Shown: in pieces, positions 62,168 to 64,000 of the stretch
Layout: each line of letters begins with the position of its first letter
How positions within the stretch are numbered: the stretch's first letter is position 1
Assembly (NCBI RefSeq): GCF_032062105.1
Contig: NW_026927339.1
Coordinates: 186,001-250,000, forward strand
DNA: 64,000 bases
Origin: Saccostrea cucullata
Lineage: Eukaryota
Direction: 5' to 3'
Notes under the pieces: model-generated
The model's database searches: none
Told to the model about the DNA's origin: nothing
The model's input: only the letters and a program-made list of their open reading frames with translations
Made by a program: the position numbers and the translations under genes

Positions 62168-64000
62168 TTAACTTATATGATAATAATAACCATTAATTGG
62201 GTTGTATTTAAGCTGACTTGTTTCACATCAATTGTTAAGACCTGTGTTTCTTTATACTTCAATTGACTGCGTATACCTCATTAATACATTTGCTCACTGC
62301 GGGAGTGACTTATCAACAAGGGATATTATCTCCTCTTATGCACCTGTTCCCATCCTTGGAATTAAAAACAAATTCTTGTGTTAATAGAAATGTTAAAATT
62401 ACAATAAAGCACTTACGCAATATACCACGGAATATAAAAATCACGATCAAACAGTAATTAAGCTTAAAGGTCCATCGAATACATTCAGATTGGAAGCAGA
62501 CAAAACATGGAACTGTAAAATAATCAAAGGTGGGATCAGGTGCCATAGAAGATGAGCATCCCCTGTAGACTGGTTTCGCCCGCCATATGATCTATATTAT
62601 GATCTGACAAACAGAAAAAATAATTCGTATACAATTTGGTATAAAAATAATGGTCTAACAAATTGTATGAAGAACGTCATTAACATTTGAGTTAATGATA
62701 GATTGAATTTAAAGGCCATTGTATCAAACAAAAAAGTTACAAATGTAGGCTTAAAACGAGGTTGACGAGGTTCGTGTTTTGGTCTTATTGTTTAATCAAT
62801 ATCAGTTTGTCTGTAAGTTGCTAAAAAGCTCCTCGTAGAAATTATTCGTAGAGCAAAATGGGAGACATAAGCTCCATAGGCAGGTGCTACTGATAGTAAA
62901 TACATAAATAAGGAAGGTTGACAACAGAAAAATTGAATTAATCACTTTTATCTAAAAATGTTATTGTTAGGTTACTACAAAGGTCTTTATCAGGTAAAAT
63001 ATCTAATTATGAAACAGATTTGTAAGATTCTGTATCTTTTAGTTCGAGTTCAAAGGGATATATCAAAATAAGGTACATGTAGTAATAAAAATTAATATTG
63101 TTAATTGATAAACTAGTAGCTATACTGTTTCCTTTGGCCTGATCTAGTCAAATCAGTATTGCACCAATAATAAATGCTTGTTTGATCTTTCGGCAAGGGA
63201 TGCTTACTCCTCCTAAGTATGTAGTCCCATCTCTGGATTTTTAGGGGCTAGTAGTGTTAAGCTCCCTCTCCACGATTCGATATCTTTACTAAATCCATGA
63301 GATTGATCATGTTCGTAATGTTCAAAATTGAACATAAAACGAAAATTTTGTGACTTAAAGAAATGTATGTGTTTAAAATTACTTCATGCGAGTATTAATG
63401 GGTCGAATTGACAGAATTTTGTATTTTAAATTACTTCCGATCTCTATTAGAAAAAAAAAATCAACAGCTACATGTTCCATCAAAATGCAGAAGGTGCACA
63501 TTTTCTTTTATTACTGGTTTTTGCTCAGCATAAAGTAAGTAAATGCTACATTTTTGCATCTGACATAGTGCATTATAAGTGTTCTCGGTGTCCTGACACT
63601 AAATATTTGATCTGAAAATTGGTCTGTCTGACAACTCTTCTACTTTAAATATAACTTTATCACTTTAGACTAAGATCACATTACTAACATTCTGCCAAAT
63701 AAATGTAGATGAGAACGGGTTGGAAGTTTTTAACAAGGGAGATAAAGATACAGGGCGTCTGTGGATTTCCCTTTTTGGGTTACATTTATACTTTCTGCCC
63801 TAAAAATAATAGCACGATTTGATCGATTAATGATCTAGTTATTGCAGATGCAGAAGGATTTTTATTTGTTATGTGGTATTTGTTCTCTTGTAAACGACAA
63901 TCAATGACGAAAATGTTTTAACTCTAGAATTTTTCTTATAAAAACAAATGAAAAAATGAATAATTCAGATTTAAATAAATAAAAAAAACCTTTAAATTTT

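Larger units (their letters stand above)
51620..64000 (+). repeat. Triplicated unit of about 3 kb (copies at about 51620-55146, about 55147-63020 with insertions, and about 63020 to the window end)
   Basis: Shared blocks: GTAGTCCCATC at 51821/55150/63221; CAACAGCTACATGTTCCATCAAAATGCAGAAGGT at about 52090/55420/63463; GGGAGATAAAGATACAGGGCGTCTGTGGATTTCCC three times. Confidence 0.92.

Overview
AT-rich eukaryotic (intron-containing) DNA. The repeat families (Penelope-like tails, a tRNA-derived SINE, Helitron/HINE-type elements with internal satellites, a Kolobok-type element) suggest a bivalve mollusc, probably an oyster (inference). The ORF track misses the real genes because they are spliced. 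Manual GT-AG exon reconstruction shows a head-to-tail minus-strand array of seven paralogues (R1-R7, about 1-42.7 kb). They encode miniature Draper/CED-1/MEGF10/Nimrod-like type-I receptors: signal peptide ending D(P/R)NxC, a CCx(G/N)(Y/F) exon, one 8-Cys EGF-like exon, stalk/TM, and a tyrosine-motif tail. Five copies are complete in-frame models (216-296 aa). R3 is ectodomain-only, and R1's downstream exons were not found. Ectodomain residues between the cysteines are highly divergent. The tails fall into two classes carrying ITSM-, ITIM-, YxxP- and YxN-like motifs, and R4 has lost most of its tyrosines, which resembles a paired immune-receptor cluster. A 4-exon FABP/iLBP gene with an Arg->Met change in the ligand-binding RxY motif lies divergently at 48.5-50.2 kb. 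The rest is transposable elements (a 5'-truncated Tx1/L1 LINE with an open ORF, an L2/CR1 relic, many Penelope-like fragments, mariner-, Kolobok-, hAT- and CACTA-like non-autonomous elements, HINEs, SINEs) and an approximately 3-kb unit triplicated at 51.6-64 kb.
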